64,000 bases of DNA from Candidatus Uhrbacteria bacterium CG10_big_fil_rev_8_21_14_0_10_50_16 (GCA_002774875.1 PCYM01000001.1:1096-65095), one strand, 5' to 3'; shown: positions 52,082-61,597, numbered from the stretch's first letter. Notes: generated by a model from the letters alone, not told the origin. Numbers and translations are program-made.

Positions 52082-52345
52082 TTATCCATTTTTTTCGTAT
52101 TTTATTTTTACTACCAACTGAGCAAGTGTCACTAAAAAATTAAACCCATCCCCAAGTAGCACCGGGAGGCTATTTATCATATAACCATAAATTGCCCAAA
52201 GGCCGGTAGCAAAAAAATAGATAACAATCATGAAGAACGAAACATCCTTTACGCTTTTTGTTGTAATGGACTTGATAAATTGAGGAACCATGTGAATGGC
52301 TCCAAGCAGCGCTGCCGAGAATCCTACTATTTCTATTGTTGACAT
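52082..52345 (-). CDS. SemiSWEET / PQ-loop family sugar transporter (3-TM)
   Basis: This 87 aa protein has three hydrophobic helices and a PQ motif in helix 1 (HMVPQFIKSITTKS). It is colinear with known bacterial SemiSWEETs. Confidence 0.65.
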   Translation of the reverse strand: MSTIEIVGFSAALLGAIHMVPQFIKSITTKSVKDVSFFMIVIYFFATGLWAIYGYMINSLPVLLGDGFNFLVTLAQLVVKIKYEKNG

Positions 52346-52585
52346 AGTTTTACATTCTTGAAACCAAGAACCAAAAATTAAAATTAATTTGGCGATATTT
52401 TGCTACCGCAAAATTAAAAAACTTTTCATTACATCGCACAACGTGCCGCGGCACGTTAGCCAACGAGCAAAGCGATGTTGGCTAACATTCCAACATATAC
52501 AATATCTAAACAGGGTAAAATGTACACGAAGTGCTTACCACTGGCAAACATGGGTGGAGGCATGCGGAGGTACGGAGCAAGCCGT

Positions 52586-52640
52586 AACCGCATACGCAGT
52601 GTTAGTTGATGTATTCCTTTTCTTTTGTTCCGCCATCGGT
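52586..52640. repeat. copy of the terminator/promoter module repeat (family also at 60936-61006 and 62350-62472)
   Basis: A shared core ...CAGTGTTAG(T/C)TGATGTATTCCTTTTCTTTTGTTCCGCCATCGG... is present, containing a short GC hairpin. Confidence 0.5.
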
Positions 52641-52831
52641 ATCGCAACCGTGGCAATCGATGCGAACAACTGTTTCTGACATCTCTTCCTCCTTCGATCC
52701 CACTATTTTGGGGGATTCAGAGCTTGTTTGGCGTGCTAATTTTTTCAAGAATATAGCCTTTTGTCAATGCATGAGCTTTGTGACCGGAGCTTCATTGTTT
52801 CTTCATCAATTCTCCGCTACACTCACACGGT

Positions 52832-53506
52832 ATGAAACTCTTAGTGGTGGAAGACGAACCAAAACTCAATAAAGGCCTAGTAACGGGTCTGCAGGCGCGG
52901 GGATATACCGTAGAATCGGCGATGGACGGCGTGGAGGGCGAGCAACTCGCGCGTGTGGAGGGGTATGATCTTATTGTGTTAGACGTCATGCTGCCCGGTC
53001 GCGATGGGTTAGAGGTGTGCAGAAATCTCCGCGGGTACGGCATCCAAACGCCTATTTTATTCCTTACGGCACGTGACACAGTACCAGATAAGGTGGCGGG
53101 ATTGGATTTGGGAGGAGACGACTACTTAGCAAAACCTTTTGCGTTTGAAGAGTTACTGGCGCGTGTTCGCACCTTGCTACGTCGACCCAAGCAAGCCACA
53201 CAGGACGTGCTTGTGTTGGAAGATTTACAGGTCGACACACGATCACAAAAAGTGCGCATTAAAGACAAGGAGATCGACCTTACGCTGCGCGAGTACGGTG
53301 TGTTGGAATATCTCCTGCGTAATAAGGGGTTGGTGGTCACGCGTGAAGACATTTTGTCGCATGTGTGGGATCGTTTCTTCGATTCATTTAGTAACGTGGT
53401 AGACGTCCATGTTAAAAACCTTCGCAAAAAATTACCAAAAGCGTATGCAAAACGGATTGAAACCGTTTGGGGAAAGGGGTATCGGATTGCTGAGCCCGCT
53501 GTTTAG
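52832..53506 (+). CDS. OmpR-family two-component response regulator
   Basis: The receiver domain (KLLVVEDEPKL...DLIVLDVMLPGRDG) is followed by a winged-helix trans_reg_C domain (VW...). Confidence 0.85.
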   Translation: MKLLVVEDEPKLNKGLVTGLQARGYTVESAMDGVEGEQLARVEGYDLIVLDVMLPGRDGLEVCRNLRGYGIQTPILFLTARDTVPDKVAGLDLGGDDYLAKPFAFEELLARVRTLLRRPKQATQDVLVLEDLQVDTRSQKVRIKDKEIDLTLREYGVLEYLLRNKGLVVTREDILSHVWDRFFDSFSNVVDVHVKNLRKKLPKAYAKRIETVWGKGYRIAEPAV

Positions 53507-54494
53507 CCGCGCGCGGTTTGCGCTCACGGCGGTCTACGTCCTTATTTTGGCGGTGATTCTGTTGATCTCCGGTGGGCTGAGCCGGTCTATTTTTTCTGGT
53601 CGCCTGCAACAGCGGTTTGCCATAGAGGGAGAACAAGTAGAAGTGGTTGTGCAACGTCGCCTACCACCTACGCCTAATTACCGGATGATTCAATCGGATT
53701 TTCAGGACACGATTGTGCTGGTCAACGGCATTTTACTGTTGTTAGCGGGCTTGTTGAGTTACGGGTTAGCAGGGATCACACTCCGACCAATCCAAGAGGC
53801 ATATGACAAACAAAAACAGTTTGTGAGTGATGCGTCGCATGAGCTGCGTACACCGCTGGCGATTCTCAAGGTTGAGTTGGAGAATCAACGAACACAAAAG
53901 CACTCGACGGATGTATACGCTGTTATTGACAGCCACTTGGAGGAGGTGGATCGCATGACACGCCTTGTGGATGATCTTCTCCGACTTTCAAAGATGCAAG
54001 AGATGGATACAGAATCGCTCAAACAGGAAGAGGTTGCGCTTGCACCGTTGCTCGCTAAGGCTGTATCGCGCCTTTTGCCACTTGCGCGCGAAAAATCCAT
54101 CCAGCTAGCGTTTGATGAGGGCGCCGATACGTCGCTCGTTGTGTTGGGAGACGAGGCGGGACTCATGCAGGTGTTCACAAATATTATCAAAAATGCGATT
54201 GCCTATAATGCAAACGAGGGAAGTGTGACGGTGCGACTCGTGCAAGAGAAACAATCCTGCGTGGTAGAAGTGTGTGACACGGGATTGGGAATGAACAAGC
54301 GAGAGGTAGCGCATGTGTTTGATCGATTTTATCGAACTGAGAAGAGTCGATCGCGTAAAACGGGCGGAAGCGGCCTTGGGATGGCTATTGCACGTGGAAC
54401 GATTTTAGCTCATGGCGGGCGGATAGAAGTACAAAGTAAACCTCAAATAGGAACCACGGTTCGCGTGTCTCTACCTATCCACAGGACTTCATAA
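53487..54494 (+). CDS. sensor histidine kinase
   Basis: There are two N-terminal TM segments, an H-box (SDASHELRTPLAI), and N/G boxes (NAIAYN..., DTGLGM, GGSGLGMAIARG). The track ORF starts at 53409 and overlaps the regulator. A TTG start near 53487 is assumed. Confidence 0.75.
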   Translation: MLSPLFSRARFALTAVYVLILAVILLISGGLSRSIFSGRLQQRFAIEGEQVEVVVQRRLPPTPNYRMIQSDFQDTIVLVNGILLLLAGLLSYGLAGITLRPIQEAYDKQKQFVSDASHELRTPLAILKVELENQRTQKHSTDVYAVIDSHLEEVDRMTRLVDDLLRLSKMQEMDTESLKQEEVALAPLLAKAVSRLLPLAREKSIQLAFDEGADTSLVVLGDEAGLMQVFTNIIKNAIAYNANEGSVTVRLVQEKQSCVVEVCDTGLGMNKREVAHVFDRFYRTEKSRSRKTGGSGLGMAIARGTILAHGGRIEVQSKPQIGTTVRVSLPIHRTS

Positions 54495-54662
54495 TTTCTT
54501 CATGGGAGATTGGATAGAGTTGTAAGTGAGGAATACGTCGACAGTGTGCAGAACACGGACGGTGCACGGATTGGTTTTTGCGGAGAACGTACGCTCTGCT
54601 TCTCACCCTGCTTGTGCACACCTCTGCAGATGACATGTCACCCTAATTCTTGATCATCGATT

Positions 54663-55169
54663 ATGAAGCAAAAAAATGCGTTATTTATGGCAGCGGCGTT
54701 GGTGGCAGTCATGGGTATGGGCACCATTGGTGTCGCATCTACGTTCGCTGCTGCGCCTCTGGATTCGGCAAATCGGTTTGCCGGACTTCAAGAGGCAATC
54801 GCACAACGGTTTCACGTAGATGTAGCCGACGTGCAGCAAGTGTTCCAAGAACAGCATGCCAGGATGCAAGATGAGATGCGCGCACAGTCGCAGGAACGTC
54901 TAGATGCGCTTGTCGCAGATGGCAAACTCACACAGGAGCAAGTTGACGCGCTGCAGGCAAAACATCAGGAGATGGAAGCACTCCAAAAGAGTCTTAAAGA
55001 TGCAACGCCGCAAGAGAGAAAGGATGCTATAGAGAGTCACCGAGAAGATATGAAGGCCTTTGCCGATGAGCTTGGTCTTCCAAACATTCCGTTAGAGGGA
55101 ATGCGAGCCCGTGAAGGACGCGGCGGTATGGGACGTCCGCATCAATTCAAGGCTCCGATCAACAACTAA
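54663..55169 (+). CDS. secreted coiled-coil protein with an LTXXQ motif (CpxP/Spy-like, tentative)
   Basis: It has a signal peptide, is helical and rich in Q/E/K/A, and carries the motif KLTQEQVDALQ. It lies directly downstream of the two-component pair. Confidence 0.35.
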   Translation: MKQKNALFMAAALVAVMGMGTIGVASTFAAAPLDSANRFAGLQEAIAQRFHVDVADVQQVFQEQHARMQDEMRAQSQERLDALVADGKLTQEQVDALQAKHQEMEALQKSLKDATPQERKDAIESHREDMKAFADELGLPNIPLEGMRAREGRGGMGRPHQFKAPINN

Positions 55170-55187
55170 TCAATCATTTATGTATCG

Positions 55188-55225
55188 CACACAAGAGCCA
55201 CGAGGTTCTTGTGTGTTTGTTTTTC
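55188..55225 (+). terminator. rho-independent terminator
   Basis: The sequence is ACACAAGA-GCCACGAGGT-TCTTGTGTGTTTGTTTTT. Confidence 0.5.
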
Positions 55226-55299
55226 GTGCACAGGTTTGTCTTTACCGGACACGTTGAAGTTGATAGCATGAGCTTATAGAAATATTGTAATGAGAGTCT

Positions 55300-55740
55300 A
55301 TGCATATTCGATTCCAAAATGGGCTTACATTACTCGAAATTTTTCTCGTTGTTGTAGCAATAGGCATTATAGTTGGAATTGTGATTCTGGCCATTAACCC
55401 GGAAAAACAATTAAGTGATACACGAAATACTCAACGCCGCACCGATGTGAGCACGATTGCTAACGCAGTGTATCAGTATTCCCTTGAACACGAAGGTTCA
55501 TTGCCAAAAAACATTACAACTACAGCAACAGAGATTTGTGCAAAAGGCCGAGATTGTACGGATTTGATAGATTTAAGTGCGTTGACTTTACGAGAGGAAT
55601 ATCTAATCTCTATACCTGAGGAGCCGCAGAAGACGAATCCTAATGGAGCGGGATATATGATGAGTAAGATTGATACTGGGAGAATCACCGTCGAAGCACA
55701 ATTTACAGAGCAGGATGCAGTGATCAGTGTCACGCGATAG
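55300..55740 (+). CDS. type IV pilin-like protein (prepilin N-terminal domain)
   Basis: The class III signal is MHIRFQNG-LTLLEIFLVVVAIGII, with Glu at +5. Confidence 0.65.
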   Translation: MHIRFQNGLTLLEIFLVVVAIGIIVGIVILAINPEKQLSDTRNTQRRTDVSTIANAVYQYSLEHEGSLPKNITTTATEICAKGRDCTDLIDLSALTLREEYLISIPEEPQKTNPNGAGYMMSKIDTGRITVEAQFTEQDAVISVTR

Positions 55741-56032
55741 CCTGTACGTCTCTTGAGTCATCGCCTTCGCAAGAGGGGATACAAAAACAAGAAAAACGAT
55801 CCGAGTTTTACAGGCAAGCTGAGGACTCGGTCAATTTGCTTTGTTCGGTATCGGAGGACGTAGCACAGATTGTTCCGACAGCGCTCGCAGCAATAGAGAA
55901 GACGGCTGATAGGATTGACCGAGAGATTTTACCTAAGTCGGTTATTGAGGAAACAAAACAGGCGATGCAGGCCTGCGGGACCATCCAAGATCGTGAGGAG
56001 CTGGCACGGGCGCCTATGTTTTTAATCGTCTC

Positions 56033-56344
56033 ATGACCTACGGGCGGAGCGGACCAGAAATTCATCTACATGCATCTCAAGGTAAAACCGTAGAGAATAA
56101 GCTTTCTCTCTATCGGGATGAGATGCGAAAGCTTGCTCAAATTGTTGATAAAGACCCGGAGGTACGGATCGTTTCGGCGACCTCTGCATTAGTAGCAGAA
56201 CATCCTGGGCTCTTTGTCCGCGCAGGGTTTACGTTGGAAGATGTTTTGAAGGAAATACGAACTGCCTATTTTGACGATCAGACACGAGCCATAAAACGCG
56301 CCGTGATTGATCGAAAAACGTTATTAGATAAATGGCTACAATAA
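56033..56344 (+). CDS. hypothetical protein
   Basis: This 103 aa ORF lies upstream of dnaG. I recognise no motifs. Confidence 0.3.
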   Translation: MTYGRSGPEIHLHASQGKTVENKLSLYRDEMRKLAQIVDKDPEVRIVSATSALVAEHPGLFVRAGFTLEDVLKEIRTAYFDDQTRAIKRAVIDRKTLLDKWLQ

Positions 56345-56395
56345 TAATCGCATGCAGAAGCGTTTCTTTTTTGTTTGGTGTGATAAGATAGGGGC

Positions 56396-58231
56396 ATGGA
56401 ACCCAAAGAAGAAATTCGAGAACGGTTGGACGTGGTGGACGTGGTAGGGGAGTATCTCACGCTCAAAGGCGCCGGACAGGGCAGTTTTAAGGCGTGCTGC
56501 CCGTTCCATGGAGAAAAGACCCCGTCGTTTTATGTGAATCGTCAAAAGCAAATTTGGCATTGTTTTGGGTGTGACAAAGGAGGCGACAGTTTTGCGTTTA
56601 TTATGGAAATGGAGGGCGTGGAATTTCCTGAGGCGTTGCGCATCTTGGCACAAAAAGCGGGTGTAGAACTGCCGGTGTATGAGCGTAAAGACGCAGACAA
56701 GACCACACGGTTGCAATCTATTAACCTCTTTGCACAAAGAGTGTTTCAAAAATATTTGACGTCTGAGAGTGGGGAAGAGACACGAGCGTATTTGCAGAAT
56801 CGAGGAATTAATACGGGGTTAGTGGAAAAATTTGGATTGGGATATGCTCCAAAAAGTTGGGATGCATTAGTGTCGCTTGCCGGGCAAAAAGATATTGGTG
56901 TGGATGAGTTGATCGACGCGGGCGTGGCGTTGCGGTCTAAGGGCGGGACGGGGAATGTGATTGATCGATTTAGAAATCGTCTCATGATTCCCTTACGTGA
57001 TCATCACGGTAACACGGTCGGATTTACGGGGCGCGTGTTGGATCTTGCGGACTCGCCCAAGTACATGAACTCGCCACAGACGCCGATTTATGACAAAAGC
57101 GCCCTGATGTTTGGATTGGATGTTGCAAAGACGGCAATTAAGGTGGAACGGGCGGTCGTGATTGTAGAAGGCAACCTGGACGTGGTTGCTTCGCACAAAG
57201 CGGGGGTGGAGAACGTGGTTGCAAGTTCTGGTACAGCGCTCACGGAACGACATATTGGATTGCTCAAACGCTATACAACGACGCTTATTTTTTCCTTTGA
57301 CGCAGACGCGGCAGGATTTGAGGCAGCACGACGGGGGATGCGTCTGGCGAGCTCACTTGGGTGTGACGTGCGTGTGGCTATGATCCCGGAGGGCATGGGC
57401 AAGGATCCGGATGATTTGGTGCAAAAAGATCCCGCCCAATGGCAGCAGGTGGTGCAGAACCATATCGACAAGATGCAATTTTTGTTTCAACGACTCGTGG
57501 CCAATATCGATCTTCACTCTGTGCAGGCTAAAAAGGACGCAGGAAAAGCGTTCTTGCCAGAGATTGCTGCAATTGCCGATCGAATTGAACGGGAACATTG
57601 GATGAAGCGATTTGCAGAAACAGTAGATGTTCCGCTTGCCACAGTACGGGAAATGGTTGCCTCGCAAAGTCAAAAAAAAGTAGAAACAGGTGCCGTGCGC
57701 ACAATCAGTATTCCTGTAAGTAAACCTGCTTCACGTCATCGTGAGCAAGCCTACCCTGTGATAGAGGGCGTGGCTGCAACCAGTATCTCAGATAAAACCA
57801 TGGAACTCCTGTTTTCCTTGGCATTAGCGGACCGAGAGAGCCTCAAACAGCTTGTAGAAGGCCTTTCGGAGGACACGTTGAGCCTTTCCCCTTATAAGGC
57901 TCTTTACGTGCAGCTCGTTTTAGTCTATACTACGGGCAATCTGTCGCCTGAGAAATCACTCTTTGAAGTGATCCGTGCACGATTGGCTACGCAAGAACCC
58001 GACCTGATTCCCTTTGTGGACAGGATTGCCCTTGCCTACGACCACTACGTTGGAACGGAATCCTCCTCACAAAGCGACATGGCAACCTTGCAAGACCTGA
58101 TCTCCCAGGTAAAAGACCGCTCAAAACGTGAACAACGAGCCTCTGTTTTGGCAGAGCTCAAGCGTGCCGAGCACGCACAAGATCCTGCGCAGATTCAAGA
58201 ATTAACGCGCCGGTATCAATCTTTGTTGTAA
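56396..58231 (+). CDS. dnaG: DNA primase
   Basis: The CHC2 zinc finger ([11 protein letters not shown]...[10 protein letters not shown]) and a Toprim domain ([14 protein letters not shown]) are present. Confidence 0.9.
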   Translation: MEPKEEIRERLDVVDVVGEYLTLKGAGQGSFKACCPFHGEKTPSFYVNRQKQIWHCFGCDKGGDSFAFIMEMEGVEFPEALRILAQKAGVELPVYERKDADKTTRLQSINLFAQRVFQKYLTSESGEETRAYLQNRGINTGLVEKFGLGYAPKSWDALVSLAGQKDIGVDELIDAGVALRSKGGTGNVIDRFRNRLMIPLRDHHGNTVGFTGRVLDLADSPKYMNSPQTPIYDKSALMFGLDVAKTAIKVERAVVIVEGNLDVVASHKAGVENVVASSGTALTERHIGLLKRYTTTLIFSFDADAAGFEAARRGMRLASSLGCDVRVAMIPEGMGKDPDDLVQKDPAQWQQVVQNHIDKMQFLFQRLVANIDLHSVQAKKDAGKAFLPEIAAIADRIEREHWMKRFAETVDVPLATVREMVASQSQKKVETGAVRTISIPVSKPASRHREQAYPVIEGVAATSISDKTMELLFSLALADRESLKQLVEGLSEDTLSLSPYKALYVQLVLVYTTGNLSPEKSLFEVIRARLATQEPDLIPFVDRIALAYDHYVGTESSSQSDMATLQDLISQVKDRSKREQRASVLAELKRAEHAQDPAQIQELTRRYQSLL

Positions 58232-58245
58232 TTGACTCCCCCCAC

Positions 58246-59571
58246 ATGCCCGCAAAGAAACCACCAGCCAAGGCTGGCAAACCTGTGGTACGCCCTAAAA
58301 AGGCTGCTACGGCAAAATCGACGGCAAAAAAGCCTGTCAAAAAACCTGTTGTAAAGAAGACCGTTGCTAGAAGGGTCACTTCGGCTGCCAAAAAACCGGT
58401 TGCAAAAAAATCCGCTTCTAAAGCGTCTCCCAAGACAATAGTGCGAAAAGCTCCTGTTAAGCGCGAGCGCTATGTGCGATCAGAACCTCCTCTCCCGGAG
58501 AAACTTTTGCATTTGCTTAAAAAAGGTCAGACACGTGGTTTTATTACGGAGACAGAGATTCTCTACACCTTCCCAGACGTTGAGGATTACGTGGAAATGT
58601 ACGAAAACTTTTTAGATGAAATGGACACATGGGGATTGACCCTTGTGGAGGTGAAGGAGGGATTGTTGGGAAAGACGTCCGCACACTCAGACGCCATGGA
58701 GAAATTGCGCGTCAACGTGGACAAAAAACAACCAAGTTACGCCGAGCTCACACAAGACAATATTCAAATGTACTTGCGCGAGATCGGGAAAATTCCGTTA
58801 CTCACGGCTGAGGAAGAGGTAGCGCTGGCAAAACGTAAGGAGCGCAACGACAAAGAGGCAGAGCGACGATTGATTGAGGCAAACTTGCGTTTGGTGGTGA
58901 GTATCGCGAAGAAATTCGCAGGCAAGAGTCTAACGTTGTTGGACCTCATTCAAGAGGGGAATATTGGATTGTTCCGTGCGGTGAAAAAGTTTGAATATCG
59001 TAAGGGGTACAAGTTCTCCACGTACGCCACGTGGTGGATTCGACAAGCCATTACGCGTGCGCTTGCGGACCAGTCACGAACCATCCGTATTCCGGTGCAC
59101 ATGGTGGAGACCATTAACCGGTTCCAGCAGATTTCTCGTCGACTTTTGCAGGATTTGGGACGTGATCCCTTGCCGGAGGAGCTGGCTGCCGAGATGGATC
59201 AACCGTTGGACAAGGTGCGTCACATCATGAAGATCTCGCAGGAGACGGTTTCCTTGGAAACGTCCGTGGGAGATGATGATGAGGATTCCACGTTGGAAGA
59301 CTTTATTGAAGATAAAAAGAATATTTCGCCTCAAAAGGCTGCAGCACGGGAGATGTTGCGCATGTATGTGGCCGAGGCCATGGCGGGTCTGACACCACGC
59401 GAGCACAAGATTTTGGAGATGCGATTTGGACTGGGCGATGGCGTGAGTCACACGTTGGAGGAGGTGGGAAAAGAGTTCGACGTGACGCGTGAGCGTATTC
59501 GTCAGATTGAGGCAAAGGCGCTGGATAAAATCCAATCGCAGCAGATTATTGAACGGTTGCGAGACTACTAA
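58246..59571 (+). CDS. rpoD: RNA polymerase sigma-70 factor with a Lys/Ala/Pro-rich N-terminal tail
   Basis: Region 2 ([15 protein letters not shown]), region 3, and the region 4 helix-turn-helix ([20 protein letters not shown]) are present, in the classic dnaG-rpoD arrangement. Confidence 0.9.
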   Translation: MPAKKPPAKAGKPVVRPKKAATAKSTAKKPVKKPVVKKTVARRVTSAAKKPVAKKSASKASPKTIVRKAPVKRERYVRSEPPLPEKLLHLLKKGQTRGFITETEILYTFPDVEDYVEMYENFLDEMDTWGLTLVEVKEGLLGKTSAHSDAMEKLRVNVDKKQPSYAELTQDNIQMYLREIGKIPLLTAEEEVALAKRKERNDKEAERRLIEANLRLVVSIAKKFAGKSLTLLDLIQEGNIGLFRAVKKFEYRKGYKFSTYATWWIRQAITRALADQSRTIRIPVHMVETINRFQQISRRLLQDLGRDPLPEELAAEMDQPLDKVRHIMKISQETVSLETSVGDDDEDSTLEDFIEDKKNISPQKAAAREMLRMYVAEAMAGLTPREHKILEMRFGLGDGVSHTLEEVGKEFDVTRERIRQIEAKALDKIQSQQIIERLRDY

Positions 59572-59572
59572 A

Positions 59573-59606
59573 GACAAAGACCGCCCGGTTAAGGGTGGTC
59601 TTTGGT
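59573..59606 (+). terminator. rho-independent terminator after rpoD
   Basis: The sequence is AGACCGCCC-GGTTAA-GGGTGGTCTTTGGTTTT. Confidence 0.55.
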
Positions 59607-59931
59607 TTTGAGCCTCCACCTGGTTATTTGGCGTAGGGAAGTCGGATAGTGTCTAAAAGACGGTGATGTGCGTCGGACCGGCGAGCGAGAAGTGTCACGT
59701 TTAAGACTCTACCCAGTCGGCAAATACGGCACAACACCTATCGCGGAGCTCACTTGCGGATACCACGGTATCACGCGGCTCTAAGCTCTACGCCACAATG
59801 TCCAAATAATGACAAATGGAGGCACTGGGAGTATACCTGAGGCTGGCCTGGACTGTCATATTTGGCGGGTTTGTGGGGTGTGAGAGAGACTTGTCGAACA
59901 AATCCAAACATGTTATAGTCTCGCTGTTCCA

Positions 59932-59995
59932 ACAACATTCCGAGCTCGCTTCCGCCAATGTTCCTTTTGGGCGGACAGGCAGTGGTAGAGCAGTT
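59932..59995 (+). other. partial duplicate or pseudogene of the tRNA-Asn 5' portion (candidate att-type scar)
   Basis: ACAACATTCCGAG (59932-59944) and CAGTGGTAGAGCAGTT (59980-59995) are identical to 60288-60300 and 60306-60321 of tRNA-Asn with its 5' flank. A hairpin-containing 35-nt segment separates them. Confidence 0.45.
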
Positions 59996-60057
59996 TCAGC
60001 CGTAGGCTGACCCGCCTATCAAGTTTTATTCAGTGGCGGGGACTGTACGGATACCGT

Positions 60058-60303
60058 ATGTACACTGTGTATGTTTTGCGAAGTCTTACATCCGGGAAAC
60101 GATATATTGGTTATACGGCAAAGGCTGTTCAAGAAAGACTCTTGGACCACCATAGCGGTACGAATCAATGGACAAGGGCTCACAGACCCTTTGAAATAAT
60201 TCATTGCGAAACGTACCAGGACAAGAAATTCGCCATACAACGTGAACGCTTTTTAAAAAGTGGAAGCGGAAGGCGGTGGTTGGACGACAACATTCCGAGG
60301 TAG
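60058..60303 (+). CDS. GIY-YIG nuclease-domain protein (small stand-alone URI-domain type)
   Basis: YTVYVLRSLTSGKRYIGYT...RLLDHHSG...W.R...PFEIIHCETY...A...ER.LK matches the GIY-YIG fold. Its stop overlaps the first nucleotides of tRNA-Asn. Confidence 0.65.
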   Translation: MYTVYVLRSLTSGKRYIGYTAKAVQERLLDHHSGTNQWTRAHRPFEIIHCETYQDKKFAIQRERFLKSGSGRRWLDDNIPR

Positions 60304-60368
60304 CTCAGTGGTAGAGCAGTTGACTGTTAATCAATTGGTCGTGGGTTCGAGCCCCACCCTCGGAGCCA
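60294..60368 (+). tRNA. tRNA-Asn (anticodon GTT)
   Basis: The cloverleaf folds by hand. The acceptor is TCCGAGG/CCTCGGA, the D stem GCTC/GAGC, the anticodon loop CTGTTAA, and the T arm GTGGG-TTCGAGC-CCCAC. CCA is encoded. Confidence 0.85.
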
Positions 60369-60465
60369 ACAAAAAGCCTCAGTTTTACTGAGGTTTTTTG
60401 TTTGACGCAACTGGGCTTCAGAACCCGTATGTGATAAAATATTCACGAACCTTTTAATTACTACT

Positions 60466-61056
60466 ATGTCTGAACACCCTGAAAGAGCTCCTGACATTGT
60501 TCGGGAACAAAGTAAGAAGGAACGGTACGAACTCACTTCGGCCAACGGTGAAGTTATCGGATCTGTGGAAGCAGAATATGGGACTATATTGGGTGATGAT
60601 ATCGATTTGACTTATAATGCCCACGCTTTTGACGATCCATCAAATATTGTGAGGTTGCAGCGCCTGACAGTTGAGTCCGCTGATGGAGACAAGGTGGATA
60701 TTTTTGACCTCCTTAAAGCTGATACGAGCAAGGTTTTAATAATCAATGACTATAAATATGTCGAATGTTCTCACGAGGGAGTTGTGTATATAGTCAAGCC
60801 GAGCTCATTATTGCGACTATTGACAACTCTTCATGAACTTGGTCATTTGGAGCAAATAGTTGATGAGAAAACCGCTTCCGCAATAGAGATGCGAAAACTA
60901 AATGCGACGCAAGTAGGGTTGGTGGAGAAGAACGAGTTAGCTGATGTATTCCTTTTCTTTTTTGGGCTATCGCCCAATTGTTTTAAAAAATTTTCAAATT
61001 TCTTTTCGCAGCACATCCCGATAAAAAGAAGAGCCGCCCACCAGATGAGCCAGTAG
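60466..61056 (+). CDS. hypothetical protein with an HExxH (HELGH) motif, possibly an ImmA/IrrE-like metallopeptidase
   Basis: It is AT-rich and contains LTTLHELGHLEQ. The last 40 or so codons are encoded by repeat sequences (60936-61073), so the true C-terminus is doubtful. Confidence 0.35.
   Translation: MSEHPERAPDIVREQSKKERYELTSANGEVIGSVEAEYGTILGDDIDLTYNAHAFDDPSNIVRLQRLTVESADGDKVDIFDLLKADTSKVLIINDYKYVECSHEGVVYIVKPSSLLRLLTTLHELGHLEQIVDEKTASAIEMRKLNATQVGLVEKNELADVFLFFFGLSPNCFKKFSNFFSQHIPIKRRAAHQMSQ
60936..61006. repeat. terminator/promoter module repeat, copy A
   Basis: The sequence is GTTAGCTGATGTATTCCTTTTCTTTTTTGGGCTATCGCCCAATTGTTTTAAAAAATTTTCAAATTTCTTT. It matches 62392-62472 in inverted orientation and 52595-52640. 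Confidence 0.5.
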
Positions 61057-61073
61057 GCGGCTCGTGGTGGACG
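61028..61073 (-). terminator. conserved 46-nt hairpin terminator (minus strand), copy 1
   Basis: GCCGCCCACCA...TGGTGGACGG forms a hairpin, followed on the minus strand by TCTTCTTTTTAT. It is nearly identical to 61782-61827. Confidence 0.5.
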
Positions 61074-61084
61074 GCTAGGTTGGA

Positions 61085-61597
61085 TTAGTCGTCATCCTCG
61101 TTGTATGTGTTGCTCACCGGCATCAACATGAAGCTCTCGAGCCGCGAGAGCTCTTCGTAGGAAGCCTCATCGGTGGGCCACTCCGGATCTTCCTTGCCGG
61201 TACGCAGCCACCGGCTGAGAGTGTGTTCAAGATGGTACAGCATCATGCGCTCACCATCGCCCTTGCAGTTGTACAGGTACCACCGCCAGCCGGTGCTAAA
61301 GACGGACAGAAGCTCCTGCATCTCCAGCAGCCAGTTCATCAGCCGGGTGATGGCCAGGTGGCGCGAAGCGATGTTGTCGTCCAGATCCTGCGCGAGCGAC
61401 TCGACGATGAAATCCGGGGCGTTGCCCTCGCCGGTGATCGTGGGGGTGAAGTCCCACGTGCCCTCGGCGAGCTCGCGCCTCGGGTTGAGAGGCGTGAGCC
61501 GAACGTAGAGATGACTCTCACCTTCCACCAGACCGGCGAAGGCGCTCTTGTCGGGATTGCCGAGCGTGATGACTCGACCACTTTCGATGGCGCTCAT
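61085..61597 (-). CDS. hypothetical acidic protein (GC-rich cargo gene)
   Basis: This 170 aa ORF is about 60% GC. GGAGGTG lies 4 nt upstream of the ATG, and a conserved terminator sits 10 nt after the stop. Plus-strand ORFs over the same DNA look like low-complexity antisense frames. Confidence 0.4.
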   Translation of the reverse strand: MSAIESGRVITLGNPDKSAFAGLVEGESHLYVRLTPLNPRRELAEGTWDFTPTITGEGNAPDFIVESLAQDLDDNIASRHLAITRLMNWLLEMQELLSVFSTGWRWYLYNCKGDGERMMLYHLEHTLSRWLRTGKEDPEWPTDEASYEELSRLESFMLMPVSNTYNEDDD

